DNA from: Thermoplasmata archaeon
Lineage (GTDB): Archaea > Thermoplasmatota > Thermoplasmata > GCA-020350865
Direction of reading: 5' to 3'
Assembly (NCBI GenBank): GCA_020348445.1
Contig: CP070751.1
Location: forward strand, 2,963,334 to 3,010,119
Length of the DNA stretch: 46,786 nt
In this document: piece by piece, positions 38,433 through 46,786 of the stretch
How the letters are laid out: each line of letters begins with the position of its first letter
Numbering within the stretch: the first letter of the stretch is position 1
The notes under the pieces: generated by a model
What the model was told of the DNA's origin: nothing
Database searches by the model: none
What the model saw: the letters and a program-made list of their open reading frames with translations, nothing else
Program-made: the position numbers and the translations under genes

Positions 38433-38512
38433 CGATTACTGCATTGCCATACAGAATATAGTTATTTCCCTTTGTTCTATGGGTTCCTTTTGTGAATGAT
38501 ATGAATAGAGGA

Positions 38513-39499
38513 TCACCTTTTACGCCAAAGTTTGGGGTATGTCCCAGAAGCCATGAGCACCCTCTTCGTGGTAATGGCTATTCCCTCATCCCTTTTAAGT
38601 ATCTCTTTTGAGTCCAAATTGGCCTCCCCAAGGGCTATCCCCTCGCCTTTTTGGGTTATCATAGCCACTGCATCGTTTTTTGTAATATCACTGTCCAATT
38701 GGGCAACCCCGGGTAGGGCAAGGTTGGCCCCGTGGCATATTGCATCCACAGCAGAATCTTTTACCACCATCTTTGGCAAATGATCCAAAATACGCTCCAT
38801 TGGCATGAGAGCAAATCTGAGCTTATCCTCGGATCTGTCCTCTTTCCAAAAAACAAAAGCATCTTTGAGGTTGTGTAACGTTACTGCATCGTCCTCTGTA
38901 AAAGAGCCGATCTTGGTCCTTCGCAGCTCCTCCATATGCGCGCCTATCCCCAGGGCATCACCTATGTCATGGCATAGGGTTCTGATGTAGGTCCCTGACT
39001 CGCAGCCAACCTTGAATAGAACCAGCCTTTTCTCTGTTTCAAGGAAATTGAGGTAGTAGATCTCTCTTATCCTCATCTCGCGCTTCACTGCGGAGCGCAC
39101 AGGAGGTGTTTGATAAATCTTACCAGTGAACTCTGAAAATATCTCTTCGATCTTATTTCTTTGAACATCGCTATGCAGCCTCATGACACCGACATATTCC
39201 TTACCACCAATAAGAAGGGCACGGATCGCATTTGAGGCATTCCCCAGGGTGATGGGTAAAAGTCCTGTGACCCTGGGATCCAATGTTCCCCCATGTCCTG
39301 CTTTTTCAATTCCCAGGATGTCCTTCACCCAGGCAGATACCTGATGGCTCGTGGGTCCTGATGGTTTATCCAAAAGGACAACACCTGATTTTATCAGATC
39401 CTCCAGGCTTCTTTCATAGGGATCTGAGCCAAAGCGGCTTGTTGTCATTACAGCAGATTTGATCAGCCTCTTCCTCTGCACATTTTCCTGCGGAAGCAT
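38513..39499 (-). CDS. cbf5: Cbf5/TruB pseudouridine synthase
   Basis: DKPSGPTSHQV, HGGTLDP, CESGTYIRTL, PUA domain. Confidence 0.96.
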   Translation of the reverse strand: MLPQENVQRKRLIKSAVMTTSRFGSDPYERSLEDLIKSGVVLLDKPSGPTSHQVSAWVKDILGIEKAGHGGTLDPRVTGLLPITLGNASNAIRALLIGGKEYVGVMRLHSDVQRNKIEEIFSEFTGKIYQTPPVRSAVKREMRIREIYYLNFLETEKRLVLFKVGCESGTYIRTLCHDIGDALGIGAHMEELRRTKIGSFTEDDAVTLHNLKDAFVFWKEDRSEDKLRFALMPMERILDHLPKMVVKDSAVDAICHGANLALPGVAQLDSDITKNDAVAMITQKGEGIALGEANLDSKEILKRDEGIAITTKRVLMASGTYPKLWRKR

Positions 39500-39501
39500 A
39501 G

Positions 39502-40026
39502 CTACACCTTGATTTCTTTCAGTATGACCTCCACGACTTCTTCGGGAGATAGAGATGATGTGTCAATAATAAGATCGTAGATGCTCCTATCGTCGAGTCT
39601 CACACTGTATATCTCCTCGTACCTCATTCTTTCGCAGTGCTCCCGCTCTTTTATTCTGTTTATTACCTCCGAAATCTCTCCCCCGTCTCTTTCTGATATT
39701 CTATTTGCCCTTTCACCTAAATCTGCGTCGATCCATACCTTGTATGCTGGGATATTGTTTTGATAGAGCATCACTCCTGCAAGCCTTCCCTCAAGTATCA
39801 TATCCCCCTCTTTTGCCCGCGAGACCGTTCTTTTATCCAGTTCCCGGTCTATGGAATGATCATTTTGTGCCATCTCACCGAATTGCACCAGTGTGTATCC
39901 CCTTTCCTGGGCTAGAGACCGAAAAATTTCGCCGATAACAACGAGTTCCAGGTTCAGTTTTTTTGATAAAAGCGTTGCAACTGTGGTCTTTCCACTTCCC
40001 GGAGGCCCTCCTATTGTGATTATCAT
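39502..40026 (-). CDS. cmk: Cytidylate kinase (archaeal type)
   Basis: ITIGGPPGSGKTT, EGRLAG, YDLIIDTS. Confidence 0.93.
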   Translation of the reverse strand: MIITIGGPPGSGKTTVATLLSKKLNLELVVIGEIFRSLAQERGYTLVQFGEMAQNDHSIDRELDKRTVSRAKEGDMILEGRLAGVMLYQNNIPAYKVWIDADLGERANRISERDGGEISEVINRIKEREHCERMRYEEIYSVRLDDRSIYDLIIDTSSLSPEEVVEVILKEIKV

Positions 40027-40691
40027 CTGCCAATCTCCTCTTTCTCGGGCAATTGGGCTATTTTCTCCCTGAACTTATACAGTTTAAGTATCCTCTGCAG
40101 AACCTGGGAAAACGGAATAGAAAGAAGAGAGTAAAGGATGATCCAATTTGGAAAAAAGCATACATCTCCTCGTACTAGGCTGACCTTTGCTGCCCACGGA
40201 ACAGAGATGGTTAAAACTGGTAATTTGTACATGAATACACTTAGCCAAATAAAGATGGGGACCACGAAGATAATGGTTATTGGCATGATCCTCATCTGGG
40301 ACGATGATAATTTCATGCTCATCTTCAATATCTCAGGCTGTTTCTCTTGGAGCTTTTTCACTTTAGCATTATTGTTGGAGAGCCTTGCATCCCTCATCTC
40401 CTTGTTGAAAGTGGATTGGATCTTCTGAATCCTGGAAAGTTCTACCCAGTCAGTTGTGAAGTGCCGCAGGAGGGTGGACAGACTGATGGACATGAGGCCT
40501 GCCAGAAACAAGGTTATTAACGGGAATTTGAAATCAAGGCCCAAAACCGGGGTTAGCGCCGGATCCATTGCATTGCCGATTCCACTTCTGATATTGGGAT
40601 CGATCAATATGAGCATCATCAAAAGGAATATCATCATCATGAGCATGGGTGATGAGCCCATTGATGGCTGCTCTGGTTTTTCATCCGCCAT
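40023..40691 (-). CDS. DUF106 / EMC3-TMCO1 (Oxa1 superfamily) membrane protein
   Basis: TM, coiled coil, TM...WIILYSL pattern; typical position next to cmk. Confidence 0.88.
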   Translation of the reverse strand: MADEKPEQPSMGSSPMLMMMIFLLMMLILIDPNIRSGIGNAMDPALTPVLGLDFKFPLITLFLAGLMSISLSTLLRHFTTDWVELSRIQKIQSTFNKEMRDARLSNNNAKVKKLQEKQPEILKMSMKLSSSQMRIMPITIIFVVPIFIWLSVFMYKLPVLTISVPWAAKVSLVRGDVCFFPNWIILYSLLSIPFSQVLQRILKLYKFREKIAQLPEKEEIGR

Positions 40692-40784
40692 AATTCCTTA
40701 CCCCAATATTTAATCTCGATTTATTCGGGAATACATTGATTTGAATATAAAGTTTGCCAAAAGCCGCATCTCGGTCTTAAGTAG

Positions 40785-40800
40785 CAAAAATGTTATTAAA
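40785..40800 (+). promoter_or_regulatory. BRE/TATA promoter for the hairpin-array/tRNA transcript
   Basis: CAAAAATG-TTATTAAA ends 38 nt upstream of the first GCCGAGG unit. Confidence 0.55.
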
Positions 40801-40837
40801 AGCAAGGGCATTATGCCGTCAGGTTGGCTATCATAAA

Positions 40838-41055
40838 GCCGAGGTAGCCCAGCCAGGAACTCGTGGTGACCCTTTGGGCCCCCACTGTTTCTGTCTGGCC
40901 TTCTATAGTTAACGAGGTAGCCTAGCCAGGTAGTTCGTGGTCCTCCTTCGGAAGTCCACTATACCTGGTCTGGTCCGGCTATCACAGAGCCGAGGTGGCC
41001 CAGCCAGGTAATCCGTGGGGACCTTTCAGGCCCCCACTATACCTGGTCTGGGCTA
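40838..41055 (+). ncRNA. Array of three tRNA-Ser-derived hairpin units (starts 40838, 40911, 40989)
   Basis: Each unit begins with the tRNA 5' sequence GCCGAGGTAGCCCAGCCAGG (or a variant), has a GTGG..CCAC inner stem and ends with the antisense of the D-arm; compensatory changes between units. Transcription is inferred. Confidence 0.7.
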
Positions 41056-41066
41056 GCTTTCATATT

Positions 41067-41166
41067 GCCGAGGTAGCCCAGCCAGGTAAGGCGCGAGCCT
41101 GGAGTTGTTCAAACCGGCAAGCTCGTGGTGCTTTGCACCTCGGGAGTTCAAATCTCCCCCTCGGCG
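41067..41166 (+). tRNA. tRNA-Ser(GGA) with 15-nt intron (41105-41119)
   Basis: Acceptor GCCGAGG/CCTCGGC, discriminator G, anticodon stem CGAGC/GCTCG, long variable arm GGTGC-TTT-GCACC, T arm GGGAG-TTCAAAT-CTCCC; BHB helix CTGG/CCGG. Confidence 0.93.
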
Positions 41167-41189
41167 TATTACTTTATTTTCAAATTTAA

Positions 41190-41304
41190 GCCGAGGGCAT
41201 AAATTAAGATTAATTTGTTGGAGATTTGAACCAGTAGGAGGCCGAATACAAGTCTTAACAAGCTTAGGCCACCTACGACGGTTCAAATCTCCCCCTCGGT
41301 TTTT
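41190..41304 (+). ncRNA. Downstream hairpin containing a copy of the tRNA 3' end paired to its antisense, ending in poly-T
   Basis: 41281-41299 is identical to 41146-41164; GCCGAGGG/CCCTCGGT, GGAGATTTGAACC/GGTTCAAATCTCC, GTAGG/CCTAC and GGCC/GGCC stems. Confidence 0.65.
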
Positions 41305-41400
41305 AAATATCCAGGCTGAAACAATCAAAATACCTCGCCAAAAGGCTTAATAAATTCAGAATCCATATAATAATTGTATTGTCGCGCATTGAGGGGAACC

Positions 41401-43632
41401 ATGATCGATAAGATGGGGCGTCTGATGGTTATTCTAATTGTTATTATGAGCTTTTTCACTGCATTTTTCTCAATTACACCCCAAAAGGTTTCAGCTTACA
41501 CTCCCCACGATCCGATTTCCATATTTGGAAATGACGATTTCGCGACCCAGGCTGCAAACGAAGGCTGGCCTGGGGATGGAACTGAAGGTAATCCCTATAT
41601 CATTGAGGGATACGAGATCAATGCCTCCAGTTCGTCGTCAATAACAATAATATCAACAAATGTTCATTTTATTGTTAGAGACTCATTACTCAGATCAGGA
41701 TCCATTTACACTGCTAGTGTATCAAATGGCACAATAAGTAATTGTACTTTTAAGGATGATTACTATGGAATACGATTCTATTCTTCAAATAATAACAATA
41801 TAATCGGCAACGAATTTTCATTCGGTGAAAGTATATTGATTCTTGATGAATCTAACAAAAACCGTATTTCAGAAAATGAGGATATAGAATATCTAAAGAT
41901 AACGGATTCATTTGAAAATAATATAGTAAATAATACCATAGGAATAGTAATTATCGAGAACTCAGTAGGAATTAATATCATCAACAATACAATGAAAGAT
42001 TCAATTTCTATTGAAGGATACAAACTTGATCCTTGGAACTCACATAATATTACTAAATCTAACTCAATCGATGGTAAACCCATATATTACTGGAAAAATA
42101 AAAATCAAGGAATGGTTCCTTCTGATGCATCCCAAATAATTCTCGCAAATTGCTCAAATATTAACATAGAAAACTTTGATTTCTCAAATAGCCAAAATGG
42201 TTTATTAGTAAGTTTCTCATCAAATAATTATATAGGAAATATTACCGCATCATCCAATTATGGTTACGGTATCGATCTATTTCATTCGCATGAGAATCAT
42301 ATCTCATATAATACCTTCAATTTAAATGACCAAACGGGTATTAATCTCCAATATTCAGATAGGAATAGAATTAATAGAAATAACGTCTCATCAAACGGTG
42401 GATGTGGTATCTATCTTTATAATTCGGATAACAACCTCATTATAGAAAATGAAGTATCGGATAATGAATGGGGTATCTTAATAGAATATTCAGCTGGAAA
42501 CATGATTCAAAATAACAACGTCCAAAAGAACCAAAAAGAAGGTATCGAATTAGATAAATCTGATAATAATCACCTAATTGAAAACATTGTTTTAATAAAT
42601 GATTTTGCTATCAAGCTTGATTCTTCCAACGAGAATTATATTTCTGGAAATAATGCCTCTGCCTCCTCCTATGGTATCTATTTGGATCACTCCAAATTGA
42701 ATAATGTTATTGGGAATATTGTTACTTCAAATTATTGGGGGGGAATTCATCTCATTTATTCAGATAAAACGACCGTGGCTGACAACAATGTATCTTTGAA
42801 TAATGCAGAAGGTATCATTGTCCATCATTCCAGCGAATGTTGGATCAGAAGCAATACTCTTTACTCGAACAACGATTATGGTATCAATTTATTATGGTCT
42901 AGTAAAAATGAAGTTAAAAACAACATCGTCTCGAACCATCCATATTCTGGTATATACATTAATGATGCTGATGAAAATAATATCACTGGCAATATGGCTA
43001 CAATAAACAATAATGGAATTTTCCTTGAATATTCTCATAATAATCTCTTATCTAACAATTCATTCTTAAGAAACAACCAAAACGGTATATTTCTTTATGA
43101 ATCCACGAGCCAAACAATAACATACAACATTATTGAAAGAAATAATTGTGGCATCAAACTTGCAGATTCGAACAACAACATCTTCCACCATAATAAAATC
43201 ATCAACAATTCAAAACAACTGGAACGAACGCAATCAACAAATATTTGGGATGATGGCCAAGGCGAAGGCAATTACTGGAGTGATTATGCAGGTTTTGATG
43301 AGGATGGGGACGGTGTGGGTGATACAGAACTCCCGCATCAGGGAGTGGATTATCATCCCTTGACCAATAAGCGAGGATCTACCTCTCTTGAACCGTGGGA
43401 AGTTCTTTCATTATTTATATTAATAGTCGGGATAATTATCCTATTTATCTGGTCTTTAAATAAGAAGTCAAAAGAAAAGCAACCTGAAGAGGAAATAAAA
43501 GAACATCTAGATAAAGAATCAAAAGACGAGCCGCAGCCTAAAGAGGAGGTAGAAGAAAGTAAAAAAGAGGAACAAAAAGATCTGACAGATGAAACTGAGC
43601 CACCAGGAAAGGATGAGCAAGAAAATCCATAA
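41401..43632 (+). CDS. Membrane-anchored NosD/CASH right-handed beta-helix protein
   Basis: GWPGDGTEGNPYIIEGYEI, many GIxLxxSxxNxIxxN repeats, GNYWSDY, C-terminal TM. Confidence 0.9.
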   Translation: MIDKMGRLMVILIVIMSFFTAFFSITPQKVSAYTPHDPISIFGNDDFATQAANEGWPGDGTEGNPYIIEGYEINASSSSSITIISTNVHFIVRDSLLRSGSIYTASVSNGTISNCTFKDDYYGIRFYSSNNNNIIGNEFSFGESILILDESNKNRISENEDIEYLKITDSFENNIVNNTIGIVIIENSVGINIINNTMKDSISIEGYKLDPWNSHNITKSNSIDGKPIYYWKNKNQGMVPSDASQIILANCSNINIENFDFSNSQNGLLVSFSSNNYIGNITASSNYGYGIDLFHSHENHISYNTFNLNDQTGINLQYSDRNRINRNNVSSNGGCGIYLYNSDNNLIIENEVSDNEWGILIEYSAGNMIQNNNVQKNQKEGIELDKSDNNHLIENIVLINDFAIKLDSSNENYISGNNASASSYGIYLDHSKLNNVIGNIVTSNYWGGIHLIYSDKTTVADNNVSLNNAEGIIVHHSSECWIRSNTLYSNNDYGINLLWSSKNEVKNNIVSNHPYSGIYINDADENNITGNMATINNNGIFLEYSHNNLLSNNSFLRNNQNGIFLYESTSQTITYNIIERNNCGIKLADSNNNIFHHNKIINNSKQLERTQSTNIWDDGQGEGNYWSDYAGFDEDGDGVGDTELPHQGVDYHPLTNKRGSTSLEPWEVLSLFILIVGIIILFIWSLNKKSKEKQPEEEIKEHLDKESKDEPQPKEEVEESKKEEQKDLTDETEPPGKDEQENP

Positions 43633-43637
43633 TCAAT

Positions 43638-44099
43638 CTACTTCAATTTAACTTCGAACATCTTTATCTCCCAGTCTATACCGTTTTTCCTGTAGAAGTT
43701 CTGGGCAATCACATTTTTGGGAAGAACAGATATATGCATAGCCACTGCATCCCTCTCTTTGGCCTTTTTAATGGTCTCGGAAAGAAGAATCGAACCCATT
43801 CCCTTCCTTTGATATTTTTCTGTGATAAAGAAGTTGTTCAAATAGGCGGTCTGCCCCCCGTGAATGAACTCGGGATAGACCCAGAAATCGGAAAAACCAA
43901 TGACTTGCCCTTCCTCCTCCACAACCAGAATGACATGTTTTGGATCTGAGAATCCTTCTATTAGAACATCCTTCATTTTTTCCCTTGATATCTTGTCTGA
44001 CTCTGGAGTCGATTCCAAATCATCCAGATAATCCTCAAATTCGATTGCCAATTTCAGTATGTTTTCCAAGTCACTATCATTTGCGGATCTGATATCCAT
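43638..44099 (-). CDS. GNAT acetyltransferase
   Basis: YLNNFFITEKYQRKGMGSILL...AQNFYRKNG. Confidence 0.9.
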   Translation of the reverse strand: MDIRSANDSDLENILKLAIEFEDYLDDLESTPESDKISREKMKDVLIEGFSDPKHVILVVEEEGQVIGFSDFWVYPEFIHGGQTAYLNNFFITEKYQRKGMGSILLSETIKKAKERDAVAMHISVLPKNVIAQNFYRKNGIDWEIKMFEVKLK

Positions 44100-44272
44100 T
44101 GTAATCACCTTTTATCATTTTTTAAAATCCTAAACATTCTTAGAAGGAAAAAACTTTGCCCTATCCAATCAAGAAATTAGGTCTGTATATTAACAGATTT
44201 CAATGAATATGGCATCAATGCCATAGAAAAGATTTTATACCATAATACCATATATATTAAACGGTGGTATTT

Positions 44273-44539
44273 ATGGTAGAAGTGGTATCCATAGACGATT
44301 CAGGGCGATTGGTCATTCCAAAATCCATTCGGGAGTCATTGGGTATTTCCGGAGGAACTAAATTTATTCTTACAGAGGGCGAACATGGACGTCTTTTGCT
44401 TCAGAAGTTCGATATCGAGGAAATAGCAGCAAAACTAAAGGAAGAAACCAAGGGAAAAGACATCGACAAAATCGTGAAAAAGATAAGGAAGGAAATGAAT
44501 GAAAAGCTCAAAAAGAAATACCCAGACATTCTTGCTTGA
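44273..44539 (+). CDS. AbrB/MazE/SpoVT-family antitoxin
   Basis: IDDSGRLVIPKSIRESLGI; overlaps the PIN gene. Confidence 0.88.
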   Translation: MVEVVSIDDSGRLVIPKSIRESLGISGGTKFILTEGEHGRLLLQKFDIEEIAAKLKEETKGKDIDKIVKKIRKEMNEKLKKKYPDILA

Positions 44540-44939
44540 CACAAATGTATTTATTGCTGCTATCAAAGCCCCTAAGAAAAAAACAAAAACGTTACAGTTA
44601 ATATTAACTTTAATTGAAAGAGAAGATATTTATTTGGTGGGGGATGAATTCCAAGCAGAGGAGCTTATCAGATATGCCGAGGAATTCAGATCTGAGACAG
44701 CCACTGCAATAATAGGAGCACTATTTGATAAAATGGAATTGGTGGATGTTGGTGAGAATTTCATTAAGATATGCAAGAATTATATGAGAACACCTAATCT
44801 GGCTGATATTCTCCATGCCGCATGCTGTCTAAAGACTGATTGTGTTTTAATAACAAATGACAAACATTTTAACAGGATCAGAGATGAAGGAATCATTAAA
44901 GTCTGGAGTGTTTCCAAGGCCATAAAAGAGCTTTTATGA
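44499..44939 (+). CDS. vapC: PIN-domain (VapC) toxin
   Basis: FLLDTNVF, ADILHAACC, LITNDKHF. Confidence 0.9.
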   Translation: MKSSKRNTQTFLLDTNVFIAAIKAPKKKTKTLQLILTLIEREDIYLVGDEFQAEELIRYAEEFRSETATAIIGALFDKMELVDVGENFIKICKNYMRTPNLADILHAACCLKTDCVLITNDKHFNRIRDEGIIKVWSVSKAIKELL

Positions 44940-45106
44940 TATCTCCTTAGAATTTATATTTATGTTCTTCTATTGCCAAATCATAAGAGTCAGAAATAGT
45001 AATTAACTTGTTATGATCAATTCGAGGTGTTTGGATAAGAATACCGATAAATCTATATTCTTGGAGTATTACAAAGTAGATTACTTGAACATACACGAGG
45101 CATTAT

Positions 45107-45355
45107 ATGTTTGCAAACAGGGAAGAAGAGTTTAAGATCTTAAAAGAGGCACTTTCGAGCAAAAAACCTGAGTTCGTTATAGTTTACGGTAGAAGAAGGG
45201 TAGGCAAGACGGAGCTGCTCAAACAAATTCTGCAAATAAGAACTGATGCTATCTACTTCTTGGGGAATCTAGAAAATGAAGATGTCCAGTGCCTTGATAC
45301 GGATGCACTTGATAAATTGATTGGCACTAAATACAAAGATAAAAAATCTAGTTAA
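45107..45355 (+). pseudogene. Truncated archaeal ATPase (AAA/DUF234 type)
   Basis: FANREEEF...VYGRRRVGKTEL Walker A, then stops at 82 aa. Confidence 0.75.
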
Positions 45356-45522
45356 CAGAAAAAGTAAAACTTCTTGTCCATGGTCGCAGATCTTTAAACT
45401 TCATATGATTTATCTCTGGGCTCGGATACACACCAGGGGCTCAATTCCCTCTTGTAATTACGAAGTTTATAATAACCACTGTATCGCAATGGTTAAATTC
45501 GATAACAGGTATGTGGATAATA

Positions 45523-45840
45523 ATGGTGAAAAACGAAAAGATACTTAAAGAGTTCAAATCGCAAATCAATGGATTATACGGTAACAGGTTGAAGGAGATA
45601 ATTTTATACGGGTCCTGGGCCAGAGGGGATGCCACAAAAGACTCTGATATAGATTTGATCGTGGTTCTTAAGGGCAGTGTAGAGCCTGGGAGGGAGATAG
45701 ACCGCATGATAGATATTATTACGGATATAAATCTGAAATATAATGTATTAATATCATTATACCCAGTATCCGATGAAGACTATGTTAAGTTGAATAGCCC
45801 TTTGCTCATGAATGCCAGAAGGGAAGGAGTGCCCACATGA
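45523..45840 (+). CDS. MNT minimal nucleotidyltransferase antitoxin
   Basis: LYGSWARGDATKDSDIDL (GSX10DXD). Confidence 0.9.
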   Translation: MVKNEKILKEFKSQINGLYGNRLKEIILYGSWARGDATKDSDIDLIVVLKGSVEPGREIDRMIDIITDINLKYNVLISLYPVSDEDYVKLNSPLLMNARREGVPT

Positions 45841-46223
45841 AAGAGATTACTTCCCTTATTAAAAGAGCAAGAAGGTATCTTAAAAGCTCCAAGATACTTC
45901 TCGACGATGGAGATAATGAATCCTCGCTTTCTAGGGCATACTATGCAATGTTCTATTCTGTTGAAGCTGTTTTACTAACAAAAGAACTATCATTTTCATC
46001 TCATAGAGGTGTGATTTCTGGTTTTGGGGAACATTTTATTAAAACTGGTATTTTCTAAAAAGATATGGGGAAGGAACTTGCCAGAGCATTTGAGAAAAGA
46101 CAGTTAGGGGATTATGAGTACACTTTTGTAATATCGAGGGATGAAGCCCAGGCAATTTTAAAGAAAAGCCAGGAATTTGTAGATAAGATAACCCAATATT
46201 TGAAAGACAACAATTTCCTGTGA
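45837..46223 (+). pseudogene. HEPN (UPF0332-type) gene with in-frame TAA at 46056-46058
   Basis: SRAYYAMFY...SHRGVI...KTGIF*KDMGKELARAFEKRQLGDY...NFL*; same frame on both sides of the stop. Confidence 0.85.
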
Positions 46224-46253
46224 AAGAAAAGAATAAATAACTTTTATGTCAGC

Positions 46254-46786
46254 TTACAGCAAAATTGTAAGGCTTGCAACACAGATTCCATCATCATCAT
46301 CCTCGATTACCAAAGTAATCGTGTATGTCCCAGCCGTCGTGTATGAATGTACACATGTATCTGTTGCCCACATAGGATTAATGTCTGGGCTCGGATATGG
46401 ATCAGGACTAACTCCATTGTTGTAGTAGGTATTCGGTCCTTCAGTTGTCATATCCCCAAAGTCCCAGGTAAAAGTTAGGTCATCACTACCAGGATCAGTG
46501 GCAACACCTTCGAAAGTAATGTTATGTCCCAATAGGTGAGGATTCAACTCCACCTCCCAGGGATCGATATGATTCCAGTGGTCGCTGTTCCAGTAGGACT
46601 GCCTGACATTGAACGTGTGATGTATGCGAGCTGTTGATTCATTCTCAAATTCAATTTCTATCCATACAGGATTGCCACCCCAGACATTACCATTGACTCT
46701 TGGATCATTGGGGAGGTAATCAACTATAGCTGAATACCTTTTAGTCATGTCCAGTCTAATATTATTAATTGTATCTTTTTGATCAT
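46254..46786 (-). CDS. C-terminal part of a PKD-domain protein (begins outside the window)
   Basis: ATDPGSDDLTFTWDFGD...HSYTTAGTYTITLVIEDDD; frame stays open from 46748 to the window end. Confidence 0.85.
   Translation of the reverse strand, partial: DQKDTINNIRLDMTKRYSAIVDYLPNDPRVNGNVWGGNPVWIEIEFENESTARIHHTFNVRQSYWNSDHWNHIDPWEVELNPHLLGHNITFEGVATDPGSDDLTFTWDFGDMTTEGPNTYYNNGVSPDPYPSPDINPMWATDTCVHSYTTAGTYTITLVIEDDDDGICVASLTILL

Noticed and set aside
40838-41055. CRISPR array, extra tRNA genes or split-tRNA halves
   Set aside because: No unique spacers or cas genes; units lack an anticodon loop, T arm and 3' acceptor; they self-pair instead of offering trans-pairing leaders, and a complete tRNA-Ser is adjacent.
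41281-41299. tRNA 3'-end duplicate as the attR of an integrated element
   Set aside because: Only ~115 nt separate it from the tRNA, no integrase is present, and the copy is fully paired to a local antisense. Kept only as an alternative origin.

Overview
46.8-kb archaeal chromosomal window. Cbf5, DUF106, archaeal MptD, an intron-containing tRNA and GGAGGTG-type RBSs mark it as archaeal; a Thermoplasmata-like anaerobe is my inference. Left to right it holds: (i) large secreted/surface proteins, a K+ channel, a Met-rich RHH regulator plus Met-rich repeat protein, and a Rab-like GTPase; (ii) a redox/stress cluster (peroxiredoxin, DOMON-cytochrome b561, CysRS paralog, Hsp20, wHTH-PAS-GAF-PAS regulator, DUF1059, cupin, DsrE, two SnoaL proteins, superoxide reductase), with a shared, exactly spaced promoter motif at four sites; (iii) a 13.4-kb operon of a split HdrA carrying an inserted NuoE/F/G-like module, a second tandem HdrA, two MvhD and Flx-like genes, with no hdrBC; (iv) housekeeping genes (mptD, pssA, psd, cbf5, cmk, DUF106); (v) tRNA-Ser(GGA) with a 15-nt intron, embedded in tRNA-derived hairpins (three covarying upstream units and one downstream T-arm/acceptor hairpin); (vi) a beta-helix protein, a GNAT, two toxin-antitoxin pairs, pseudogenes and a partial PKD gene. 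The best candidates for undescribed systems are the tRNA-derived hairpin array, the four-promoter regulon, the Nuo-split HdrA/Flx complex and the CysRS paralog with a rewired active site. All calls come from manual motif reading; no database searches or folding programs were run.
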